Positions 12,690-25,017 of a stretch of DNA of 64,000 bases are shown here, in pieces. The translations under genes were made by a program, and so were the position numbers. The notes beneath the pieces are model-generated. The model was not told the origin of the DNA. It did not search any database and saw nothing but the letters and a program-made list of their open reading frames with translations. The DNA lies in contig OX442314.1 of NCBI GenBank assembly GCA_949358305.1, forward strand, positions 4,650,001 to 4,714,000. The letters run 5' to 3'. This DNA comes from Strigamia acuminata. Its lineage: Eukaryota. Positions within the stretch are counted from its first letter, which is position 1; every line of letters begins with the position of its first letter.

Positions 12690-13667
12690 CAGTCAACTCG
12701 TAAATATGACAAATAGTGATTAAACTTACGTAGCTGGGTCTTCTGTGAATCAAATTCATTTAAAGTTGGCCTGACGGTTGAGGTAATTTGCTGTGTGCTG
12801 TTGTGTATTCTTGTAAGTTCTGATAAAGTCGGGAAATCCCTGAGCTTTATAAAGTAGGGTCAGGTAGCGATTGCAACCTATGTATGTTGCAGTCTGCTGC
12901 CTTCTTCATCAGGCCTTTCAAGTGGGCCACAGAGAAAAAACAATCCTTCTGAATTATAACACAGAAAGGGGTCACCCACAGAATGTCTCAAACTGACTTC
13001 TGGGTCACCTCAAGGCGGAATAACACAGCAATCAACTAGAATTCCCAAGTGGTCTTTCTGATTCTGAACAGAAAACAAATGGCCAAGTAAAAAAAGGGGA
13101 GACATGCTACCCCTTTTAATCCCTTCATTAAAAAGTACCCATTTTCATTCCCTCTTTAAAAGGGGGAAAGCTTGAATATAATTAAGAGATAACACTTTTT
13201 TAATTGGGACTAGATATGGTCTTACCTACTGCAATATGGGGATTTACTACAATGGAAGGGATGCATACTCATGTAAGAACAAGACAAGGACTCCAGATTA
13301 GTGGGTTTTGGCCTTTAATCCATTGTCGAGGGGTTGCTGTCTCCTGTCTCCCTTGTGTGGCAGTGTTATTGGGCAAGCTACACCAGCAACCAACCTGTCA
13401 CAAACAAAGCCTGAACCCCATAGGTGACGTGGTCGATCACTCTGGACGAACATTCTGTCGTACTCACCTCGTATGACCCATGTAGCGGCTCATGGCGGCT
13501 GCAACAGGTATACCTTCCTGTCACTGAGCGTCACAGTGGTGAATGGTGAGAAGAGCAGAGTCGGCAGTAGGCAGGGTTTCCTCGGGACCACGACAGCGCA
13601 CACTTTTCTCCCGTATTGCACACGTCCTTTCTCTCTGCTCTCCCAGCAACGTCTCTTTCTCACCACA
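12690..13667 (-). mobile_element. Second probable LTR remnant, related to 12056-12689
   Basis: Minus-strand start TGTGGTG at 13667; about 80-bp diverged repeat 12763-12840 vs 12416-12492; TATAAA near 12846-12852. Confidence 0.4.
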
Positions 13668-16600
13668 CCACTCATTTTAGACTAATTGAAAACCTGATCC
13701 AAGTGGTAGTCATGAAAATTCTGTTTATTTTTTTACTAGGACCCAAAAATTATTTTGGGCCCTAAACGTAGCTAGATCAGGAGATTTTTGAACTAATTGA
13801 AAAAAAAAATTTACGATTAATTTTAAGGTAAGTTGGCATGTTTTTACTTTTAGCATGCAAATGTTTAGGGAAACGGTTGCACCCTCTCTGTTTCCTAGTT
13901 GGAAAGAGCTAGGGGTTACAAACTTTCTTAATGTTTCATTGAAACAGAATGTCGCCAAGTCGCCAACTTTGCAAAGTTACTAAAGTTCCTAAAGTCATTA
14001 TCGGTTTTTCTCGCTTTTCCGTGTCACAACATCAATAATTCAACCCACAATTTTCCAATTAACTCCTGAAATGCCTGATTAACAAGCAGCGGATAGAGAA
14101 CTATACTTATCTATAATCAACCAGTACGTTGCTGGGAAACTAAGTATGAATACACACGTGTTGTTAGTTCACCTTGACCTCAGCAAGAGTCGAACAGCAG
14201 AAACTACAGCTACCAATTCAATTCTAAAACACAAAAAATCTCTTTGGCATACAGGATTAATAAGTTTATTTCCACTTATGTAAACATCATAAATGTAATT
14301 ATTAATCACTCAATCCTTTATACTCAATTGGTGTGCGAATAACCTAAAGAATGAAAAGGAACAGAAAACTACGTCTGTCAATTCATCAATTAATGAGAGA
14401 AGATGAGAACAAACCGAGCTGCGGTTTAACTGGTTTAAATGACTTCATTAACAGAAAACGACGTTTGAGCAAGATTCACGCTTTATGGCTTTTTTTGTTA
14501 TTATTTTGCACCTGCATTCTCACTTACCAAACATACAATAGTGTAATGCATTACTTAAGTTATCCTACGGCTGTAGATGTGTCGAGTAGATCGGATGACA
14601 TCGTTTTACCATACATCATGATCTGCAGTACGAATACAAAAGAAATGGCCAGGCTTTGGAATAAAAGTAGTGAATTAGATAAATCAGGTCGAATCAATCC
14701 ATTGCATTGCACAAACATGATGAAAACTATCATGGCAAGTCCAACCTACAAAATGGATGAAGTTTGGAAAGCAACTAATTTGACACCAGAAATAGTGAGC
14801 ATCAAAATAAAAGTAAAAAAAAAGCAAAAATCAAAAATTATCATAAAGAATAAAATCTAATCAGTTACTTTCTGCAGGGATATTCAAACGAAAGCTTTGT
14901 CCAGAAGGAAATGGACAGCCCATTTGGAATGTGCTCAGCATTTTGATTCGGTAAGTGATTAATCAACTGCCTTCCTTTTTTTGCTTCACTGCATGACCCA
15001 ATGTGGTGTGTTTGTGGCTCGGATTGTGTCGGATGGAGTTGGATATTGCTGGATGCGAAAATGGATGGAGTCGAGAAGGAGGCATCACACACGGAAGTAT
15101 TTACATAAGTGTTTTATTTGCATAGAAATTATAGGTGGCGCAACATGCGCTTTCGCACATCGCAAGAACACGACGTGCGTGATGTGCGTCACAAAATATC
15201 AACAGAAAGAAATGGAGTGTACTGTAAAACACTCCACAATGAACTTAATATTGTTAATCCTTGGCGCTGTTTTTTCAGTGTCCTATATGTTTAATTTATG
15301 CAAATAAAATCACTTGTAATTTTACTGTAACAAAAGACCGTTTCGTCCAGTCGTTATCCGCTATTGTGAAATTGCATTGAGTACGAAACTTACAATGGCT
15401 AAAAGTAAAATAATCTTCTTTCCACTGTGTTTAGAAAAGAATTCTAGTAAATCGTTTGTTGGAAAACTACTAACAGTGAATTTTGAAAAGTTTTATCAAG
15501 ACGTCTGCCCAAAAGTTGCATACATGGTAATATAAAAAAAAATTACAATCCAATAGCAACAAAAGAAACAAAATTTCTTTTCTTTTTTTCGCTTATAGAT
15601 TAGGCTATCATTATATAATTTTGGAAAAGCATACATCGTTACATATAAACCTAGTGGTAAAACAGTAAAACTAAGTTTGAGTTATGACAAAGTAAAATTT
15701 AAACTCGATCAAAATGAAACAACTATTCTAAGTCTCCTTTATAATTTAGTACGTGTTTCTCGATTCATCAAAACGCCCGTGCTCAAGTGAAAAAGAATAC
15801 AGAGGTTGCTACCAAAAGTGCTTGTTCAAAAGATTAGAAAACAATCTAACCTGCAGGTAAAAGAAATTTTTTCCTAACTAACCCAAAAAATGACATTTTA
15901 TGCAAATTTACTAACAAATGATGCTAAAAGTTTTTGGTAAATCAAATAACTTAAGCACTGCACTTTTGCTCAAAGTCAAAGCCACTGAACAAAACCATCC
16001 TAAGTTCATTAAATTCTTATTTTTTCTTAAGATTTCCTTTTCTGAAGATGAATTTACCTCTTTGTGAATGTTCAAATGCTATACACGATCAATACGGCAT
16101 TGTAAATAAATTAATTGATACCACAGACGCAATTACTACTTGTGATTGTCGACCTCCATGTCAGCATCTGTCTTTTACACCCTACACAGACTCCGGCAAA
16201 GCAGATGATGAAAAAATAATGTCTTTCACTTTATCACTAACCAATGATAAAATTACCCTGTATCAAGAGCGGTTCACTTACGACGTTATTGCTTTACTGT
16301 CTGATTTAGGCGGCAATTTGGGACTATTTCTCGGCCTATTGTTACTTTCATTACCTGAAATCACACGGTATTTATATTTTGTTATGACAACTATGCGCAA
16401 AACTACCAACCTTGATAAGGTTCGACAATTCTATGAGAAATCCAAGAAAGATGTTACTGACAGTGAAGAGAAAACTAACGGAGTTTTAAGCAAGTTTAAG
16501 TTGCTGCTGATTGTAATTAGTGCAGGATTCACTCTATACTTGTTGCAACGTCGTTTAAACTACTATCTGAAAGATCCTATATCAAAAATCATTACTATGG

Positions 16601-18743
16601 ATCAACGGCGCCACTTAGAGTTCCCATCCGTCACACTGTGTGGTGAAAATCGCAGTGATGAGATGGAACAAGCCAGATTGCAGTTAATTAAACAGACAAA
16701 CAAAACTTGCAATGACATATCACCGTGGCAATTGGTCAACAATAAATTGTCATTAGAAGATATTTGGAAGACCCTAAATATCCATCAAACAATGAGTGTT
16801 AAGGACGTGTACACCAAGGTATACAGATTTAAAAAACCTACAATACAAAGTGTATAAAATATACATTTACTGCATTATTATGGATATGCAACATTACTAA
16901 ACATAGCAATGAGTCTCGTCCCACTTCCATTTGGTTATTGTTCACAAGTTAACACAGGTAATTTACATGGAAACGTGAAGTGATCTCGGTTTCACCAATG
17001 TAAAACTAAGGTCGCTGATGCTTTTGCAAAGACTTATACTTAAAATAGCGCAGGTCGCTGTTCCGGCGTCTAATTGGAGTTGAACGCGGGCTTCGGTCCG
17101 CGTTACGGTGCTCGTTCCGGCAGTTGTCGAAATGTCTGGTTCCTCGGCAATTGGCGTGAGGGAAATCTCTCTGCTCGTGCGAACGGGTACGATCAGATTT
17201 CCGACAAATCAAACGAGAATTCCCATGTTAATTCTATGTATGAGTTCAGCAACGTTGTGGCGATTCCTTCCTTTGTTTCACTGCAGTTGCGGCAGTGAAA
17301 GAGCGTCGAAGCCGTGACTGACTGGAAATAGACTCTTTTCAGGTGAAGAGTTTAACTCTATCTTTTGGTAGAAGATATAACCGAATGTGTCTTGAAATAT
17401 CTGGCTGATATTTCAAGAGATGAATCTAACTCAAACAAATAACTAACAATCAATACTAAAGTAATTTCAAGTTTAGCAGTTATTTTTGTAAGTTCTGGTT
17501 TGTTCAAGTTCTGGAGTCATAATGATTTTCCAAAGAGGATTCCCCTCATGCTAACAGGATGTAGCATTTCCTGTAGCCCAGATTTTCCCTGGTTCACATG
17601 AAAATCATAGGGGCTACATCCTGTGAACCCTGGATATTTCTGCAACCCTTTTAGTACTTACTGTATTTATTTATTTATTACTAAATTACATAAACCAAAT
17701 ATTTTAAAGGTCATAGGAAGTGAAAAATAAAAATTGACAAGAAGATTACTTATGCCATTATTAGACCAAACCCGTTGTTCTTCAGTGATCAATTGTTTCC
17801 AGATTATTATATCGTTTGTTTTAACTTTGAAAAATCGTTATACGTCCTCCATTTTTAGTTTACGAAAGTTTCAAAAAGTTGTCGTTGGTGGCGCTTTTTA
17901 TGACGTCATCAGCGACAAACAAACAGCTTTTTAGCACCTGATTTCACTCAAAAAAATTTTATTTTTATTTTTATTTTGCATAAAATTGAATTTTTGGTGC
18001 ATATTTTATGCGCATAAAACACATTTTATTTTGCACAAATATCCGGGGTCTAGTTATATCTTATAACGAATCGATTTTTCGGGTCCCTTGCGATTCTTTA
18101 TCAAAAGTCTCAAATGTACTGTATTGGAGCCCAGATCCCTACTATGCATAAAATTATTATTTTTTTTAGATAAAACGAACCATGTAACAGCAGAGGTTAC
18201 AATTGCTCTCATAGATCTTTTTCCTCCAGAAGTTTGTGAACAACATCTATGGGTAATATCAAAATACACTTATTTTCGAAAAAATAGTTAATTTTAAGCA
18301 AAGAAAAATGTACGCGGATCTCGATTAGTATGCGGGGAAATCTAGATTTTGTAATTAGAACACCCTCATTCTATTAAAAGACTTGCGGTAAATCTAAATT
18401 ATAGACTAGCCAAATTTTCTGGTGTGAAAGCGGTATTACTATACTCTGATCAACTACAAGGTTGTATGTAACTTACCTTCTCCCATTGGCCAAGTCTCAT
18501 TACTCATATGTGCTACCACCAAGAAAAGTAGTTTTTGTTATTTTTTATTTTTTGGATGATTCTGATGATTAAAATATTAAAATTTTATTTTTTATTTTAT
18601 AATAAAATATTTTTTCTATTTATAAAATATAGTTTTATGCTGTTTTTATTTTAAAATACATGTATTTGTTCAGTTAGTTCAGTTTATTGGTTGTTTTGTC
18701 AGGAAAGCAAACAGTTTTTGAATTTTTTCTTCTCTATTACAAG

Positions 18744-21700
18744 TGGAGTGTCCTACTCCATCGGTCAATCTTGACCAATCGTTATGTTTTGGCGCTTTTA
18801 AGAGTAGCGCCACCTATATTGTAATATCAGAATAAACCAGTCATTTTAGTTTAACTTAGCTGACATGTTGCTTTCTTGACCACTAACTACATCAACGATA
18901 AATACACAACAATTGGCGACGAGAAGGATCGCAATCGACGACCCACAACCAGATGCTGCTTCGTATCAACTTTATTTGTGAGTTTTTGATCGTTTGATGA
19001 ACTTTTTGGCCGTTTTTGACCGTCGCTGACCACGCCGTCCCCGAAGTAGGCCTAGTCGTTCCGTGCTTCGAATTTTCGCGTTATTTGTGCCGTATTCCGC
19101 CTCCTTGCCATCAAGATGTCGGCGTTGAAAGGCACGCTTCGTGAATACGATTCCGGTGATGATTGGGAACTTTATTGTTTGCGTATGGCGAGTATTTTCG
19201 CCTGCAACAAAATAGTTGACGATTTGGAGCAGGTTCACACGCTGCTCGCGTACGTGGGCATGCCGACGTTGAAGCTATTGGTGTCGCTTACAGCACCCAA
19301 GAAGCCGGCCGAATTCAAGTACGACGAATTAGTGGCGCTCATGCAGAAGAACGCGCGCCCGAAGCCGCTCGTTTTGGCCGAAATACGTCGATTTCATCGG
19401 CGTGATCGCCAAGCAGGTGAGACCGTCACTGAATATTCTTTGGCTCTCCAAGATCTCGCCCAAAATTGCGACTTTGGTGAAAATAAATCGGACGAGCTGC
19501 GAAATCGATTTTTATGTGGCCTGCAAAACGAGCAAGTCCAACACGCCTTAACACTGAAAACTGACTTAACTTTTGACGACGCCGTTGCTTTTGCGGCTTC
19601 CGCTGAGGTGTCATCGAAGGAATTTTCGACTATTGCTGCTCAGAATACTGCTGCCACTCCTGTGCATAAACTCCACGAGTCAAAGCCGCGATACGAGCCG
19701 AACAGACGAGGCGGGAAGCGTTTCGCGAAGAAAAATGTTGCCTTTCCAACTCCACACCAACCATCCAGTAAAGGAAATGCGTCGGGGTGCTCGGCTTGTG
19801 GGAAATCGAACCACTCGCGCGATTCGTGTCGTTTTCGAGACGCCAAGTGCCATGGCTGTGGAAAGACTGGACATATTCGTCCGGTGTGTCGCTCCCAGAT
19901 TCCGAAATCGAATTCCACTCACGTTGTTCGCTTTACCGACGATATGGACTTTTATCAAGTCCGCTCTGGTCCTGCAACTGCAGTGAATTCCGTGTACTTG
20001 CCACGTGTGAAGCCAGTCATGATAACTATTTGTATCGATGGTGTCAATCTCGATATGGAGATGGACACTGGGGCAGGTGCTTCAATTATTGCTTTGGATC
20101 TGTATTTAAAACATTTTTCTCATTTTCCATTGCAGACCATTCCGTGCAACATGTACACGTATTCAGGCGACCAAATACAGATGGAGGGGGTTATCGAGGT
20201 TCCAGTCAGGTTTAAAAATCGAAATTTTCAATTGCCGCTCTGTGTCGCACGGGATGGTCCAGTTCCGTTGTTGGGCAGAGGTTGGTTGTGTATGTTTGGA
20301 CTCCTTTCGAAAACTGCCGAAGCGGTCGGCGCGAAAATTTACAAGACCGATTCCGTTGCTCCCAAACCCGAGGTTTTAGATTCCACTTCAGCCAAAGCTT
20401 TGGAAACGCTGTTGCTGAAGCATGAGCACACTTTCCGAGATGAAATCGGTCGCTTTAACAAGTCCACTGTTCACATTGACGTTGATCCGGCGGTACAGCC
20501 AATTTTTCTAAAAGCCTATCCAGTTCCCATAGCAGTTAAGCCGCTGGTCGAGGCTGAGTTGGCGCGCTTACAAGCGCTGGGTATTATTTCCCCGGTTGCA
20601 TCATCACGTTGGGCAACGCCCGTGATGCATGTTAAAAAGTCTGACGGCACCATCAAATTGGCTGGTTGCTATAACCGGACAATTAACAAAGCTATTTTTC
20701 CCAACTCATATCCTTTGCCTCTATTTGCAGATGTGACCGCCAAGTTGTCGGGAGGGGAAACTTATTCAGTATTGGATATGAATTCAGCTTTCAATCAATT
20801 GGAATTAGATGAGGAGAGCAAAATGTGTTGCACAATTAATACTCATTTGGGCCTTTTCAGAGTAAATAGGTTGTTTTATGGCATTTCATCCGCTCCCGCT
20901 CTATTCCAGCAAACGATGGACCAGTTGACAGCCAAGGTGAATAGTGCGCAACCATTCATAGATGACTCCGCCGTGACAGGTGCGACCAACGCGGTTCACC
21001 TGCAAAATTTGGACGTGCTTTTGACGACGTTCGGTGGAGCCGGTCTCACGTTGAATCGCCGGAAGTGTCACTTTTTACAGCAATCGATCCAGTTTTTAGG
21101 TTTAAACATTTCTAAACTAGGTATTTCCCCGATAGATTCAAAGCTCGCTCCACTCAGAGATGCAAGGCGCCCCAGTGATGTAACCTCTTTGAAATCGTTC
21201 CTTGGTCTCATCAATTACTACGGTCGCTTTGTTGCAAATTTGTCTACTCTGCTCGAACCGTTATATCGTTTAACACGTGACGATGTCGAGTGGAAGTGGA
21301 CAGAGGAGCACGAGTCCACATGGAAAAAGGTTAAGGTTGCTGTGTCCACTGAGTCGGCACTAGCCCACTTTGACCAGTCCAAAAAATTATTCTTGACGGT
21401 TGATGCTTCCCCGGTAGGTGTGGGAGCATTCCTTTCTCATCTTGATTCCGATGGTAATCACAAGCCAATTGCTTTTGCGAGTTCTCTCTTGTCGGCCGCG
21501 CAGAAGAACTACGCACAGATAGAGCGTGAGGGATTCGCCATTATTTATGGCATTAGGAAATTCCATCACTATCTGTTTGGGCGTCGTTTCTTCCTGCGTA
21601 CGGATCACAAACCCCTTGTCTCGATATTCGGAGAGAAAAAAGGATGTAACCAGATCGTGGCTGCACGACTGCATCGTTGGGCGGTATTTTTATCCGCATA

Positions 21701-23539
21701 TGATTTCATTATTGAACACGTGCCTGCTGTGGACAACGCCATTGCCGATGGCTTGTCTCGTAATCCACAACCGAGTGTGGACAGCAAAGAAGATTTGGAA
21801 GTCGGCATTAACAAAATTTATTCTGCTTTCATTTCAGATTTCCCCATGACTGCTACTTCTCTGAAAGCTGCTTATGCAGCCGACGAAGTATTGCAAGCTG
21901 TTTTGCGACATGTTCGCACCGGATGGGAATCACGCACGCCGGACACCGCTGAATTTTATAAACACCGGGACTCGTTCTCAACCTTTGACGAATTTTTATT
22001 TCTCTCTGATAGGTTGGTGATCCCGAAAACTGTCCGTCGTTCGGTGTTGGTCGAGCTCCACGCAGGTCATTACGGCATTGTCCGTACCAAATCGTTGGCG
22101 CGAGCCACGGTTTGGTGGCCTGGAATCGACGCTGACATCGAGCGCACAGTTAAGAGTTGCGATGTATGCCAGCGAAGCTTGCCCGATCCGCCCAAATCAA
22201 ACACCGTCAGTTGGCCAGTTCCAGACCAGGTGTGGGGACGGGTGCATCTCGATTTCGCCGGTCCGTTTCACAACTCGATGTTCCTGCTGGCGGTTGACGC
22301 CAAAACCAAGTGGTGCGAAGTGCGTAAGATGTCAACAACGACCGCCGCCGCCACTATTGACGTGATCAAGTCTTGGTTTGAAAATCACGGTTTGCCGTTG
22401 CATTTTCACACCGACAACGGACCACAGTTTACCTCGCAGGAATTTCGCCAGTTCTTGGCGATAAATGGAATTCGTCACACTCTCTCACCGCCATACCATC
22501 CAGCTACAAATGGCGCGGTTGAGGGTTTCGTGAAGACTTTTAAAACCCAAGTTGATAAATTTCTAACCTTGAATTTTTCCTTGTCGGATGCCGTATCCCG
22601 TTTCATCGCGTCGTATCGCACAACACCTCACGCTACGACGAAAGTTTCACCAGCTGTCGCCTTCCTTCAGCGTGAAATGCGGACCCGACTACATTTGCTG
22701 AATCCGCGACTTCTACCCGATGTTGATCAGATTGACATTCCGCGCCGTTTTGAAGTCGGGGACCTTGTGTTCGCGCGGGATTACCGTGGCACTCCTAAGT
22801 GGATACCCGGTATAGTTAAAAAGAAGACTTCTTCATCTACTTACGATATTGAAGTCGCTCTCGACGTGACGTGGAATCGACACATTGACCAGTTGCGACG
22901 TCGCGCAGATCCGAGTTTGTTGCCACAAAATGGGGGGAAAGATTGTAGAAGTTCTCTTCTTCCTTTTTCCATCACTTCTCAACCAACTGCACCGCCTGTA
23001 CCTGTGCCTGCGCCCGTGCCTGATCCGCTGCTCACCATTCCACCCGTTATCGTACCACAAAATGTTGCTCCAACACATGCACCACCGCTGCCCGTTCGTG
23101 CGCCATCGCCACCTGCAATTGCTGGCCCGAGTGCTCCAGTTCCTTTAGCGCTTAGCCCTCGACCAGTCCGAAACAGGAAACAAACGGACTTTTATGGTTT
23201 TCCACCGAATTGATGTTTGTGTTTGTGTTTAAATTAATTGATCTCATTTTGTGTTAGTTTAAATTCCATACTTTGTTCTTTATTAGCCTTTATATACATG
23301 TGTTTAATGTTTAATTTGTTTTATTCCCTTCTTGATTTATAATTGGTGTTTCTCCCAATTAAAGGGGATGTTGGAGTGTCCTACTCCATCGGTCAATCTT
23401 GACCAATCGTTATGTTTTGGCGCTTTTAAGAGTAGCGCCACCTATATTGTAATATCAGAATAAACCAGTCATTTTAGTTTAACTTAGCTGACATGTTGCT
23501 TTCTTGACCACTAACTACATCAACGATAAATACACAATA
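18744..23539 (+). mobile_element. Gypsy B (Mag-like), full-length, apparently intact, in an intron of ENaC gene 1
   Basis: 168-bp LTRs at 18744-18911 and 23372-23539 with one mismatch; TSD ACAAG; PBS TGGCGACGAG at 18914-18923; PPT AAAGGGGA. Confidence 0.97.
19116..23213 (+). CDS. Gypsy B single-ORF gag-pol, 1365 aa
   Basis: Two CCHC knuckles, EMDTGA protease, FIDD RT, VDASP RNase H, HHCC and DDE integrase, uninterrupted. Confidence 0.96.
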   Translation: MSALKGTLREYDSGDDWELYCLRMASIFACNKIVDDLEQVHTLLAYVGMPTLKLLVSLTAPKKPAEFKYDELVALMQKNARPKPLVLAEIRRFHRRDRQAGETVTEYSLALQDLAQNCDFGENKSDELRNRFLCGLQNEQVQHALTLKTDLTFDDAVAFAASAEVSSKEFSTIAAQNTAATPVHKLHESKPRYEPNRRGGKRFAKKNVAFPTPHQPSSKGNASGCSACGKSNHSRDSCRFRDAKCHGCGKTGHIRPVCRSQIPKSNSTHVVRFTDDMDFYQVRSGPATAVNSVYLPRVKPVMITICIDGVNLDMEMDTGAGASIIALDLYLKHFSHFPLQTIPCNMYTYSGDQIQMEGVIEVPVRFKNRNFQLPLCVARDGPVPLLGRGWLCMFGLLSKTAEAVGAKIYKTDSVAPKPEVLDSTSAKALETLLLKHEHTFRDEIGRFNKSTVHIDVDPAVQPIFLKAYPVPIAVKPLVEAELARLQALGIISPVASSRWATPVMHVKKSDGTIKLAGCYNRTINKAIFPNSYPLPLFADVTAKLSGGETYSVLDMNSAFNQLELDEESKMCCTINTHLGLFRVNRLFYGISSAPALFQQTMDQLTAKVNSAQPFIDDSAVTGATNAVHLQNLDVLLTTFGGAGLTLNRRKCHFLQQSIQFLGLNISKLGISPIDSKLAPLRDARRPSDVTSLKSFLGLINYYGRFVANLSTLLEPLYRLTRDDVEWKWTEEHESTWKKVKVAVSTESALAHFDQSKKLFLTVDASPVGVGAFLSHLDSDGNHKPIAFASSLLSAAQKNYAQIEREGFAIIYGIRKFHHYLFGRRFFLRTDHKPLVSIFGEKKGCNQIVAARLHRWAVFLSAYDFIIEHVPAVDNAIADGLSRNPQPSVDSKEDLEVGINKIYSAFISDFPMTATSLKAAYAADEVLQAVLRHVRTGWESRTPDTAEFYKHRDSFSTFDEFLFLSDRLVIPKTVRRSVLVELHAGHYGIVRTKSLARATVWWPGIDADIERTVKSCDVCQRSLPDPPKSNTVSWPVPDQVWGRVHLDFAGPFHNSMFLLAVDAKTKWCEVRKMSTTTAAATIDVIKSWFENHGLPLHFHTDNGPQFTSQEFRQFLAINGIRHTLSPPYHPATNGAVEGFVKTFKTQVDKFLTLNFSLSDAVSRFIASYRTTPHATTKVSPAVAFLQREMRTRLHLLNPRLLPDVDQIDIPRRFEVGDLVFARDYRGTPKWIPGIVKKKTSSSTYDIEVALDVTWNRHIDQLRRRADPSLLPQNGGKDCRSSLLPFSITSQPTAPPVPVPAPVPDPLLTIPPVIVPQNVAPTHAPPLPVRAPSPPAIAGPSAPVPLALSPRPVRNRKQTDFYGFPPN

Positions 23540-25017
23540 ACAAGTGTCTCTACATGTAGTGCAATTCTGGTGTTTTGATCTACTTTTTTGTACCGATGCA
23601 CAAGTGAAATGGCTCAGCCAATGGGAGAATGTACAGTACAACCTTGTAGTTGATCAGAGTATAGCAGGTAAGATAATATCACAAGTCGACTGCTTCGGCA
23701 CTTCCCATTGGTCAAGAATCGATAAGTGGTGTTTTTTCATAAATCTAGGTGATGCTTTCAAACACTGATTTTATATTAATTTAACCAAATTCTATCTAAA
23801 TCCAATTACAAACATTTTCAGTTTTTTCTAAATAACCCAGAAGATGAAGTCAATATATTAGCACCCATGTTTATGACCTATGGCTCTTTCAGTGTATTTG
23901 CTCTTCGTATATCTAAGGTAACATTCGGGTGCATATTAAACATACAAAATTAAAAAATTAAACCATGATTATGTTATCAAATAGACCATTCGAAGAAATA
24001 CAAAACTCAACCCATGTGAGCAAAACAAAACTGCTTATTTCATGTGTCAAACTGCCTGCACGCAGAACAATTTATTTCACAGGATCAATTGCAGGTATTG
24101 TTGTCGTTCTTCTAGCAAATGCTGATAATATTTGAGTGTAATCTAGTAATCATTCCTTCCTTCCATCAATACTGTTATAAAATACTATGGTTGTTTCAGA
24201 TTGCCGTACATGTTATCACCAAGTTTGGCATCTTGCAACACGATGGAAGACATTACTCGTGCCCATTCCCAGTATTTTAGCAATTACAATTACAATCAAA
24301 AAACCTGCAAATGTAAACAACCCTGCAAAATTACTTATTACCAAACTATCGAGCATGAAACTAAAATGAAATATAATCAATACACATTTATAACGCTTCA
24401 GCTAGCTGATAGCTTCGACGAGTCTACAATAGACGACCTAAATTATCCAATATCTTGCTTGTTAAGTGATGTCGGCAGCATTGTGGGATTAGCATTCGGA
24501 ATGTCAATACTTTCTTTGCACATTTATCTTTTAAAAATTTATAATTGGCTTTGCCTCAAACTGGGTGGTCAATATTGACCACCAAGCTGAAGGCATTCTA
24601 ACCTATTTGGACATGAAAATATCTTAATTCCATTGGTAGCAATTCGCCTTTTCAACCATATTGTTGTGCGGATAATCCACACCGTAAGCTGGCTGTTTTA
24701 GACGCCCACATTTAGATAATTAGTACGGTTGATCCAAGGCTACTTGAATACTATAAGGTTGCGCCATCTGGCGAAAAAATAGCAATTTTGCGCGCATCGA
24801 TCTGCGCACAACGTGACTGATGGGACCTTGATGTCACAGATTATAATCTGTATTGTTGTATCACCGGCAATTCATGGCGTCAAATTAAATTAAATTAAAT
24901 TGAATTCACACGCATGGAATTAGTCTCAATTTTATTTTATTTTATGTTAACATAAAATTCGAGTATTAACTCTCTGTATTAAATATCCCTAGCAATCTGA
25001 TATCACATACCAGTATA

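Larger units (their letters stand above)
18442..23661. mobile_element. MITE (TA TSD, Tc1/mariner-like) split by Gypsy B
   Basis: TIR TACTCTGATCAACTACAAGGTTGTA at 18442 and its reverse complement ending 23661; related copy at about 56890-57251. Confidence 0.75.
14351..24578 (+). pseudogene. Two-domain DEG/ENaC (pickpocket/ASIC-like) gene 1, probably disabled
   Basis: TM1 plus YLSYPT...LPYIMIC; Cys-rich thumb; TM2 LLSDLGGNLGLFLG followed in frame by second TM1 and FPSVTLC; final TM2 LLSDVGSIVGLAFGMS; GT-AG exons; in-frame TGA at 14944-14946 in exon 2. Confidence 0.8.

Noticed and set aside
15002..15395. Possible solo LTR in ENaC gene 1 intron 2 (starts TGTGGTG, has AATAAA)
   Set aside because: No matching end or TSD found
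17006..17317. Short ORFs in a GC-richer intronic patch
   Set aside because: No recognisable product; probably an unidentified repeat fragment
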